A DNA stretch of 63,918 nucleotides, counting the filler, from Rhabdomonas costata (Eukaryota): assembly GCA_019059605.1 (NCBI GenBank). It is 55 parts of 55 records of this genome, joined end to end, with 100 filler letters (N's around TTAATTAATTAA, not from the genome) between each part and the next. Parts side by side here need not be neighbours in the genome. Positions count along the whole stretch, not along the records: positions 1 to 1,064 come from JAHMHO010030524.1; positions 1,165 to 2,229 come from JAHMHO010030525.1; positions 2,330 to 3,394 come from JAHMHO010030526.1; positions 3,495 to 4,559 come from JAHMHO010030527.1; positions 4,660 to 5,724 come from JAHMHO010030528.1; positions 5,825 to 6,889 come from JAHMHO010030529.1; positions 6,990 to 8,054 come from JAHMHO010030530.1; positions 8,155 to 9,219 come from JAHMHO010030531.1; 47 more parts are not named here. One strand, 5' to 3'. Below, piece by piece: positions 1 to 9,161 of the stretch. Within the stretch, counting starts at the first letter, position 1. Every line of letters begins with the position of its first letter. The translations under genes and the position numbers were made by a program. The notes below the pieces were generated by a model. The model was not told where the DNA came from. It made no database searches and saw only the letters and a program-made list of their open reading frames with translations.

Positions 1-2
1 GT

Positions 3-176
3 TGTGGTGTGAACAGTGATACAACTACTAATAATGAAAATTTACAAGTTCAAATTAATCTTCGTACTTCTTATTCCTCTGGAGTATCTCAACTATTAGT
101 GGTTGCTCTATATGATGAACTGCTAAAAATGACGTACGATTCTGAGAAAATTGTTAACATGGAACTTGTAAGTTAA
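3..176 (+). CDS. C-terminal end of a putative Polinton/PLV-type major capsid protein (5' truncated)
   Basis: Frame 3 reads CGVNSDTTTNNENLQVQINLRTSYSSGVSQLLVVALYDELLKMTYDSEKIVNMELVS*. The alternating beta-strand pattern (LQVQINL...LLVVALYD..L.M) resembles the last strands of Polinton double-jelly-roll MCPs. It lies upstream of an adenain-like protease in AT-rich intronless DNA. Confidence 0.55.
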   Translation, partial: CGVNSDTTTNNENLQVQINLRTSYSSGVSQLLVVALYDELLKMTYDSEKIVNMELVS

Positions 177-204
177 AAATATTTTCTCAATATAAATTAT
201 AAAC

Positions 205-462
205 ATGACTACTGTTGTAGGTTCGCGTTTAATCAATGGTTCGGGAATTAAATATCATACTTGGGGTACTTCTTCAGGGTGTGGTATAGGTCAGAAAATA
301 GCATCAACAATTGTTCGAAATGCAGGTCATGCTATCGTTAATAAAATCGCCGATTCTATAGGTGGAAATGGAATAAAAATAACAGGAGAAGGACGTAAAC
401 GAAATGTTGGACGTCCAACAAAAACCAACGCTGCAGCTTATAAACGTAGACATAAAAAATAA
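205..462 (+). CDS. Small Gly-rich basic protein, putative viral core/DNA-condensing precursor (pVII/pX-like)
   Basis: Complete 85-aa ORF with a basic tail (GRKRNVGRP...YKRRHKK) and three (I/L/M)xGxG motifs (INGSG, IGGNG, ITGEG); sits between capsid-like and protease genes. Confidence 0.6.
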   Translation: MTTVVGSRLINGSGIKYHTWGTSSGCGIGQKIASTIVRNAGHAIVNKIADSIGGNGIKITGEGRKRNVGRPTKTNAAAYKRRHKK

Positions 463-545
463 TCAGTTGATGTTTTAGTTTAGAAACTTTTACACAGATT
501 GATTATAATTAATCAGATTAAGAATAATCTTATTGATTATTAATA

Positions 546-989
546 ATGAGTACAAGTTATAAAATATTAAAAGAATTTGAAAACAATTTAATTTATATAG
601 AAGACATATTAACTGCAAATAGTACAGATAATATACAATTGAATAAATTATGCACATATTTATTTGGAACTGACAAGTTTAAAGGTGTATATCCATCTGA
701 CAAAATGCCCATACTCAAGAATAACGAGATGTGCACTATAAATACAGATGATAAAAAAGGTATTCATTGGATTGCTTGCTACAAATATAAAAATAAAACA
801 TATGTATATGATTCATTTAATCGTAATGTGACTTCATTATCTCCATATTGGAAACATAAACATAATTAGGTAAATGCTAATTCAGATCGTGATCAGAGCT
901 ATTCATCTAGTATATGCGGGCAATTATGTTGTACTTGGCTCATAAGTGCACAAAAATATACACCAATAAAAATTATGAATATTATTTAG
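546..989 (+). pseudogene. Adenain/Ulp1-like (clan CE) cysteine protease of Polinton/PLV type, interrupted by one in-frame TAG
   Basis: FKGVYPSD...INTD...GIHWIA (His)...YDSF (Asp). After TAG at 867-869 the same frame continues VNANSDRDQSYSSSICGQLCCTWL (Gln...Cys-Gly) to TAG at 987-989. Confidence 0.85.
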
Positions 990-1001
990 AAAAATTAATA
1001 T

Positions 1002-1032
1002 ACTAAGATATAGTAATGTTCTATATCTTAGT
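1002..1032. terminator. Perfect 12-bp hairpin just after the protease stop, candidate transcription-end signal
   Basis: ACTAAGATATAG-taatgtt-CTATATCTTAGT, starting 12 nt after the stop codon. Confidence 0.5.
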
Positions 1033-1064
1033 TGGAAAGAAAAGATCAGGAAAGACAAAACACA

Positions 1065-1164
1065 NNNNNNNNNNNNNNNNNNNNNNNNNNNNNNNNNNNN
1101 NNNNNNNNTTAATTAATTAANNNNNNNNNNNNNNNNNNNNNNNNNNNNNNNNNNNNNNNNNNNN
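1065..1164. other. Artificial contig linker (44 N + TTAATTAATTAA + 44 N); first of ~54 copies recurring about every 1.16 kb
   Basis: Identical 100-nt spacer with stops in all six frames recurs through the window; ORF ends such as 'XXXLIN' are artefacts of it. Confidence 0.99.
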
Positions 1165-2329
1165 TGGTGGTTGGTGGGGGTGCTGCGTGGAGGCAAGGCT
1201 GAGCGCTTGAACACCCTCGCTCAGACGCCGACCTAGCTCAACGCCCCGCGTGCCTCCTCTGTCGGCCTCAGCTGCGGGTCAGGCTCAGAAGACATGAGGA
1301 GTAAAAAGAATGTGTGGGTTCCAAAACAATTCAAGTTGTGTGGAGTGGAGGGAGGGAGTATGTGCGAAACATCAGAATACAGTAAGCGAGGTAAATTTCC
1401 AAGGAAAATTCCTGCTATCACCGTTCTCAAGACAGGGTCTTGAAAAGGGTGTGGCGAAAACTGCATCGCGTGTCATCGCTTGTGATAGGCATCGGGCAGT
1501 TGTGATAGGCAGGACGCACCCCGCTTCCCATTCCGCCCTGCTTCCCCGGAACTCGTGTCGTAATGGGTGAGAGGCGGAAATTAATTTAGCGTCAATAGTG
1601 GAGGTTGTGTGTTGTGAGCGTGCATTAATTTTGGATCGTCGGCTCTTCCCGACTTTTTCACCTGGCTCTAAAACCGATAACCTTTGTGGTGGGCGGCAAC
1701 CCTCTTATGCAAAAAGGGAACCTCCTCTCTGAGCAATTGGTGCAACTGGACCGCTGCCCAGTCTCTTGTATTCAGTCACTCGACTATCCCCCCTCCCTCA
1801 AAGCGAAGCAAAACTGGCATAATTTTCCGTTCAATTTAATTTTAATATGAATTTTCCGTTCTTCATTTGCACTCGACCGACTGTGGGAAATGAATATTGT
1901 TGCAAAAGGATCGCGATGTCCTTAAACGGGCAGTCGGAGGATGTTTTCACTAGTCGATAACTGCCGGAAAACATCGGTTGCGATGTTTGACGATTTTTGA
2001 CCATACCCTTGCTACTGCGTTGGGTGCTAATTTCGGTTCGAATAATTTTCCCTTTTCTTAACGAAAAGGGAAGTAGAAACTTCTTCTCCTCAGGTCTGTT
2101 TTCTTTTTTATGACATGTTCGAGACTCCAATTGTTGTCTTTGTCAATGCGAAGAGTGGAGGTCGCCATGGGCCCTCTGTTCTGAGTGCTTACAGGTTTTT
2201 TTGTGTTTTGGTTCGTTTTCCAAAAAAACNNNNNNNNNNNNNNNNNNNNNNNNNNNNNNNNNNNNNNNNNNNNTTAATTAATTAANNNNNNNNNNNNNNN
2301 NNNNNNNNNNNNNNNNNNNNNNNNNNNNN

Positions 2330-3394
2330 GGGTGGTGGTCCCCGACGTTGAAGTTTCCATTGAAGAAGGATCATACCCCCGCCTCCGATGCCACTACTGT
2401 TCCTACCGCTTACCTTTTGGAAACATGTAGTGCCCGCCCTGTTGGATTCAGGAGCTTCAGATTGTTTCATGAGCGAAGCCATGGTCACTGAACTGCAACT
2501 GCCGCGCAAGCGTCTGAAGCAGTTGATGTCAGTCATAGTTGCTCACGGAACCACCTTGGTGGTCGACACCTTTGTCAGAGTGTCTTCCTTACTGGGCAAA
2601 ATGCCTGTGCGTATGTTCTTGCGTGTGATTTACACCCACATTCCCGTAGTTTTGGGCTACACATTTCTCCGCCGACATCAACCTTGAGTGGATTGGAGAA
2701 AGCGCCAAGTTCAGATCGTTAGGCGTGAGATCACCTACGAGATCCCCGCCCTACCTGCGTCTGACGTATTCTGAATGGCTGGAAGGCTAATCAAGACCCA
2801 CGCAATGGGGCTGCAAGACAATGACCAAGCGGTGCAGAAGCCCACACAAGTCGAAGTTACTTTCTCACCGACGAACTCCTCAGCAGGTGGAGGGCCAGAC
2901 AGAGGGAAGGCATACCCATGCAAACTCAACATTGCAGATGCCCCACTCGCTGATTGGGCGAAGTCATCGCTACCATCCGAGCTGTTTGCCATCCATTAAG
3001 AGGACGCCGAGGAACTCTCCGATCGAGACCGCCAGCAGATCACTAGTCTAGCAGCCGAAGCTAAAATCCAAGAGAAGACAAAAGCTGTCCCCACGCCGTC
3101 TCGTTGAGATGCAGCTTAACCTCAAAAACCTCGACCACAAAATCTGTGGTCCCCTGCGCCGCAAGGCTGCTGTGCCTAAGGAGGTCCTTGAACTCAACCA
3201 AGAGTTCGCGCATCTCTTCCCTGACAATCTGTCCACAGGTCTGCCCCCTCCCGGCCTACCGATCACAAAATTGACCTGGGGAAGGAAGCAAAAGTTCCAG
3301 CTCAACGACTCTACCGCATGTCCCCCCTTGAATATCAGGAGTTTCGAAAGCAGCTGAAGGAACTAGCTGATCTTGGATTCATTGAACCCACACA
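2330..3394 (+). mobile_element. Decayed Ty3/gypsy LTR retrotransposon pol fragment (aspartic protease to start of RT), copy 1
   Basis: ALLDSGASDCF and VVLGYTFL..HQP*VDW protease motifs; GLPP-[frameshift]-RPTDHKIDL...PAQRLYRMSPLEYQEFRKQLKELADLGFIEP RT N-terminus; several stops and a frameshift. Confidence 0.92.
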
Positions 3395-3494
3395 NNNNNN
3401 NNNNNNNNNNNNNNNNNNNNNNNNNNNNNNNNNNNNNNTTAATTAATTAANNNNNNNNNNNNNNNNNNNNNNNNNNNNNNNNNNNNNNNNNNNN

Positions 3495-4204
3495 TAGAGA
3501 GGGGACTCGATATAAGATCATTCTGAGAAAGTGAGCTAAGGAACCTTGTGCATAAAGCAGTTAGTATCGGAGTTCAAAACTCCGACACTAACTGCTTTTT
3601 CTCCGGAGGGTTCTGGGGATTTTAACACACAATGGTAAGTTTTACCCTCTGCAACAGGAATCACAGCAATTTAAGCAGATGTTGATGATAGCTGTGTTCG
3701 ACAAATACTTTCAGATTGCCACCTGCTTGGGAATGAATGTGCTATGGCGGACAGGTCTCCTGGCAAGTTTTATCAGCTTGACATGGAAATGGCCTTCGTT
3801 ACTCAGGAGGATATTTTCAGTATAGTAGAGCCGATTTTGTACAGACGTTTCCGTAAATTCTCAAACTACAAAATTTCTCCTCTGCCATTTCACAACATTT
3901 CCTATGAGGAAGCCATGCTCCTCTATAGCACAGACAATCCAGATCTACGGAATGTAGATGTCGTGTTCATTTTATGCGATGCAGAAGAAAAGGTCCGTTT
4001 CCTTAGAGGTAGACTTCGGGAGTATCTTGGTGTGCAGCTTGGGTTGCTAAGAATACGCTTGAACTTTTTTGGGTCATAGAGTTTCATATGCATGAGTGTA
4101 ACAGTGCTACCGGCAAGCGGCATTTTAGTTAAAATTCATTTCCAATGCCAAAAAGTGGTGTAGAGGCGATGGAGCGTGCGCGGACTCTGGAAGAGATTCT
4201 TGCG
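3495..4204 (+). pseudogene. aspS: Degraded bacterial-type (alphaproteobacterial-like) aspartyl-tRNA synthetase
   Basis: Collinear motifs across frameshifts: [24 protein letters not shown]...[85 protein letters not shown]. No introns; most of the GAD insertion domain is deleted. Confidence 0.9.
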
Positions 4205-5071
4205 CGACGCATGGATACCTAAACGACGTCATCCTGCCTCCCTGGCACCCGTGCAAGGTGTTCCAAGCCCTGCACTTGGCATGGCAATTCCCAATGATCT
4301 CTCCTCCACGGCCCTGTACACCCAGTGCGTCAACCATGCCCTGGGCTTCGGAGAGAAGCATGCGCCTTCCACCTCCGGCAACGGGGGTGTGAAGACCGTT
4401 CTGAAACCCCTAATACACTCTAGAGGTACCCCTCCCTCCCCTTTACTTCCACAGATTTCCCACTTATCCCGTCTCCAGCCCCAACCCGCCTCAACTACGC
4501 CCCACACTACCAGCACTCTCCCTTCCTCCGTTCTCAATGCACTCCATCACATCCAACCCNNNNNNNNNNNNNNNNNNNNNNNNNNNNNNNNNNNNNNNNN
4601 NNNTTAATTAATTAANNNNNNNNNNNNNNNNNNNNNNNNNNNNNNNNNNNNNNNNNNNNCCTTGATTGTGTATTGCATATTACCGATATTACGTAAGCCT
4701 GGGTTATGCCTGAAAGCTCATTGTTAAGCAAATGCACTGTCGGTCCCACTTAGAGCCTTTTATTTTTTGACACTAGGACACTATTCTCACCAAACCTACC
4801 TCCCCTTAACACAATTTTATTTGCAAGCATACTGTAAACGTCCCTTTGCCTTTGGTAGACGGGCGGGTGGTGGATATGGTTGTTTGCAGAAGGTTGCCCG
4901 TTAAATCGCGGTCTTACGCGCCAGGGAGGTTTCTAATTGTTGACCACGGATGCGGGAGACTTGGTGAAAAGCCAGCCGGAAGAATACCTCCAAACGAAAT
5001 TTTCCTTGTGCAATAAATGGGGTACGTACCTTAGCGAGTCTTAACGGTTGTGCGCAAACCTCTCTCCTCAG

Positions 5072-5724
5072 GCTGACTCTGACGGGGCTGCGCAAGCTGA
5101 AGACCCGGATGATGCGACTGCACCGCGAGGGCTGCGTGGAGGTGGGCACGGTCGCCTACGCTGTGGTGTACCTGGAGAAGCTTGTGCTGCGCCGGCGGGT
5201 CAACAAAGCCACCCGCAAGGCCACCGCGGCGGCCTGCCTGCTGCTCGCTGCGAAGTTTCTCGAGCCTCTAGGCGGCGAGAACCGCCCCATCTTGGCAAAA
5301 ATTCTGCAGGTTGCTTGCTTGCTTGCTTGCTTTAGCACACCAGCAGTTACCCCGAGTTATGTGTGCGTGTGTGTTTATTAACGACTTAGCGCTCGTGCGT
5401 GATCGGTTGCCGTGAACTGCTGTTGCAACTGCTGCGGCCGCTGCTATTGAATGGGCTGCCGCTTTTGCCGCACTGCGCTTCTCTGCCACGTGGGTCAGTT
5501 TGTGTGCCGGGGGGGGGGCTTCGCAGCTCTTGGAGGCGGAGTTCGAGGTCAGCCCCAGGGTGCTGTGCGAGATGGAGTTCACCGTGTTTGCAGAGCTGGA
5601 GTTCAGCCTCCTGCTGCCGCTGCCCCACGTCTACCCCCACTTCGAGCGCCTGCTGGCGGAGCACCTCAACCTCACCCCACAGGCACTGCGTTCCTCCAAA
5701 CCCTCTCAAAGCCCCCAACACCAC
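5072..5724 (+). CDS. CABLES: CABLES-family cyclin-like protein, C-terminal domain; exons 5072-5309 and 5527-~5700
   Basis: LTLTGLRKLKTRM...TVAYAVVYLEKLVL...NKATRKATAAACLLLAAKF joins in frame across a GT-AG intron to LLEAEFEVSPRVLCEMEFTVFAELEFSLLLPLPHVYPHFERLL, matching the CABLES C-terminal cyclin box. Confidence 0.85.
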
Positions 5725-6989
5725 NNNNNNNNNNNNNNNNNNNNNNNNNNNNNNNNNNNNNNNNNNNNTTAATTAATTAANNNNNNNNNNNNNNNNNNNN
5801 NNNNNNNNNNNNNNNNNNNNNNNNCGTTTGGGTGTATGTGTGTATGACGTCTGAGGTCTATCAAAACCTAAAAAGCTATCAAGCTATCTTCGTTGGAACC
5901 GACGCGATCCACGGCTTTCCATGCCTCTTCTGGTGATAGTGGGGGACTCCCCGCCCGCACCAGGCGAAGTGTCAACTTATCTTGCCGAAAGGCGCGTAGC
6001 CGGAGGCCAGCGACTCCAAATGGGCGGTTGATGAAAGCTCCTACTTTCCTCTTCCCTTCCTGCCTTCCCAGGGCTGCTACCTGATAGTTCTGCTGCTGGG
6101 GCTGAGGCTCGACGGCTCACTGACGTCATCATCTTCATCTTCCGCAGTAGTGATGGGGTACACCGCGCCAGCGCTGTGGGCGGGGCTGGGGCCCTGTGTG
6201 GCCCAGCTGGTGGCCACGGCCGCACTGCTGGTGCTTGCCCTGGTTGCCCTGCGGAGGCTTTCTGCGGTGTCGATGAACTACCTGGACGGGGGCTCCTCTC
6301 TGGTAGGCTGTGTGGCTGTGGGTGTTTGATCCGTTGAGGCCATCCTCGAAGAAGCTGAAGAGCTCTCATCCACCCGCGGTTCTAATGTTCTAGTGAGGTT
6401 TCCTAAGAACCTAAGAAGGCCCCAAGGAAGTGGCCATGGACGGCGGGAGAATCGATAGAAGCCCTCCCGTATGGAGGACTCCGAACGAACCTGTGCCGTG
6501 TGCACATAATGTGTGTGTGTGCGTGCTTGCGTGCGTGCGTGTGTGACCCTTCCAGGTTCCAGACAATTTGCACGCGAGGTACTTGTGTCCTAACCCAGGC
6601 GCCTGCTGGCCCCATGTTGAAGCCCTGATTGGGGTGGGGCCAGAGTTGCTTTCACCATCACGGCTGAGCGAGACGAGCGTGGCTGACTGTAGATACGGAT
6701 TCGAGCTGATTTCGGTGCCTAGCAAGATCCTTACCAGTGTTTTTTTTTTCACCCTTTGCACCCAATTCAGTGTGCGTGTGTGTAATAATCGGAATAATCG
6801 TTACTCATGACAAAACTGAGATTACCCCCTCGGCGTCCCGTCAAGGGGGTAGGGCCAGAGTGAGACAGCCAAAGCGAGTAGACCCACCCNNNNNNNNNNN
6901 NNNNNNNNNNNNNNNNNNNNNNNNNNNNNNNNNTTAATTAATTAANNNNNNNNNNNNNNNNNNNNNNNNNNNNNNNNNNNNNNNNNNNN

Positions 6990-8027
6990 GGGGGGGGGTA
7001 CCTAACGTGGCGGCAGTGAGGCCCGCGGCGAGGCTGCTGAGGGAGTGGCAGGCCGGAGTGTCCCCCACAGAGGTGTGCTTGAGGAGGGCCTGCTTGGCGG
7101 TGTCGTATGCGGTTAACTCCCCTGAGAGCACAGAAGGGTGTAGCACCGATTGACGTCAGGCAGAGCGGTCAGGGACAGACAGAATCATTCGCTTACAATT
7201 TTTGGTCGGAAATCTCTTTTATTGGTTTGTTTTCTTACGTTTTAGGTGTTAACAATTTTATTTTGGGGTAACACCAACTTTGGAGACAACCAACAAGCTA
7301 AAAAAAATGGCACAGAAAAATACGGATGAACACAAAAGACAACATGATCGGCGAACAAGGAACGCAGAGAGTCCAAAATATGAACAAATTCTCTCGCTTC
7401 ATTAGAAAGGGTGAACGAGCTCAACATTTGAAGAGGTAAAAAAAAATCCCCTGTTTGCTCAATTCAGTGCCGCCGCTCAAAGTGCTGACAGAAGCCGTTA
7501 GTTTCAATAGAGAGCCTAGAGAAACCACCCCTTCACAACGCGCGAATGAAGAGTTATGCATCGGCAGAACGTCCTTCTGACACAGATCGACCACAATACT
7601 TTACAACGAACGCAAACACAAAAAACTAGAGTGATGAAAGTCACAGCAGGGGACCACCACAGTTGCACACCCAGGTTCACAAGTGCGGCACGCTGCACAT
7701 TGGGAAGCCACCCGCGCCACATTCCCAGCACTCCCGCCTCCCGGAGAAGAGTAGCAAAGCAGTCAAAGGTTCCCTTGTACTTCGGCGGGTATCCCAGCAG
7801 CACCTGCCGACCCTGTGAAAACCACGAGGTCAGCCCTGCCCTTATGGCAAAGCGGATAAAAAAGGCTTCTTTTGCAACAAGTCCTGAATGCTGGAAACCT
7901 GAGCCTGCAGCAGCACCTTCACCAAGTCCGTCGGGCTGGCAATGAACTGAGCGATAGCCCCTCCCAGCATTCCGGCTACAACCGCCTTGTGCATCGGGAA
8001 GCTTCCGTCGCTGTCTCGGCCAATGAC
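6990..8027 (-). CDS. Mitochondrial carrier, UCP4/SLC25A27-like; exons 8027-7899, 7812-7671, 7121-6990
   Basis: AGMLGGAIAQFIASPTDLVKVLLQ (PxDxxK signature), YKGTFDCF...[29 protein letters not shown]; GT-AG introns with consistent phases. Confidence 0.92.
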
Positions 8028-9058
8028 CTGGGAAGCCCCGACAAACATAACTTTNNNNNNNNNNNNNNNNNNNNNNNNNNNNNNNNNNNNNNNNNNNNTT
8101 AATTAATTAANNNNNNNNNNNNNNNNNNNNNNNNNNNNNNNNNNNNNNNNNNNNGGGTTTTTTGGAGTAAATCAGAGCAGCGGTGTTGTTTTAGGAAGGG
8201 AGTTTCGGAGGTGGCTGAGCTTCGTCGGCACATAGAGCGATTGCTTTCGTCTCACACCACCGATTGCCCTCTACCCAGCATTCCTTTGCTGCACCCTCTT
8301 CTTCTTCCTCTTTTTGTGTGCCCGTTGCAGCTGATCGTTACTTTTTCGGAACGTGTACAGGGGCTTCTTCCTTCCACAGCTCTGCGTTTCCTTTGTAGCT
8401 TTTCTTAAGCTGTTGCTGTTTGGACATGGAGAATGAGCCGCTGCAGCATTATAGCAGCATTGTTTACTGTGAATCATGACCGTGCTGTGCAGCGGCTCCG
8501 AGGGGAATTTCAATCCAGTGTTTTCACTTGACCCGTATTAGCGGAGATGTTTGCAACTGGATAGTCGGAGCACTGAAGCTAAGATGTCATCAGTGACAGA
8601 AAGATTCGCATGTAGAAAATGATGCCTGTTACAAGGAAAAATGTGCCCTGCCTTTGTTATCTCCTGGTCCCAGGCATGTTAAGTTAGATAGAGTCCCTTG
8701 CGAAGCAAATGGTGGGGACCATGAAAAGTGAGGGTGGATATTGTCGAGGGTGTGAAGGGTGACGCTTTCCTCTTTTCCCTGTCCTTTCATATTTGACGAA
8801 ATGATCCTGGGTGGGTCGTTTCATTGCGAAACTGCTTTCACGTTCCTCCTTCCAGCAGACACGATTTGCGGTTTGCATCTATACACTCATTCTTTCTGGG
8901 GTGAACAAACGGTCTCAGCCGAGCAGTGCCATCATGGCGTGCATTTTCCGAAGGCGGCTCGCTTTTTTTACTTTGCCTTCATTTTTTGCTATCTGAGCCA
9001 CCACCACCCGCTCTCATCCTTCCACCCCCATCCCATTCTTTGAAAGCAAAAGGAGAAA

Positions 9059-9161
9059 ATGGCCCAGAGCCCCACCAGTGCTTCCCCGCTGAAGTCCAGC
9101 GTGGCGACCTTCCGCAAGAACGGCGAGGTCTTTGCCATTTCACATGCCCACAAGGCGACAG
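9059..9161 (+). CDS. Probable first exon of an unknown protein (MAQSPTSASPLKSSVATFRKNGEVFAISHAHKAT)
   Basis: ATG after an A-rich context and pyrimidine tract, GC3-rich codons, ends at an AG|GTACGC donor. Confidence 0.45.

Noticed and set aside
867-869. Genome-wide stop-codon reassignment (TAG as sense)
   Set aside because: The same gene ends in TAG at 987-989, and the host exons translate cleanly in the standard code. Other internal stops lie in elements that also have frameshifts.
1655-1685. tRNA-Met primer-binding site of an LTR element
   Set aside because: Only CCTGGCTCT matches; the GATACCA end is absent and no LTR or gag is recognisable.
2685-3051. RIP-like hypermutation of the gypsy copies
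   Set aside because: The stops are compatible with C>T changes but are too few, and no consensus is available; ordinary decay explains them.
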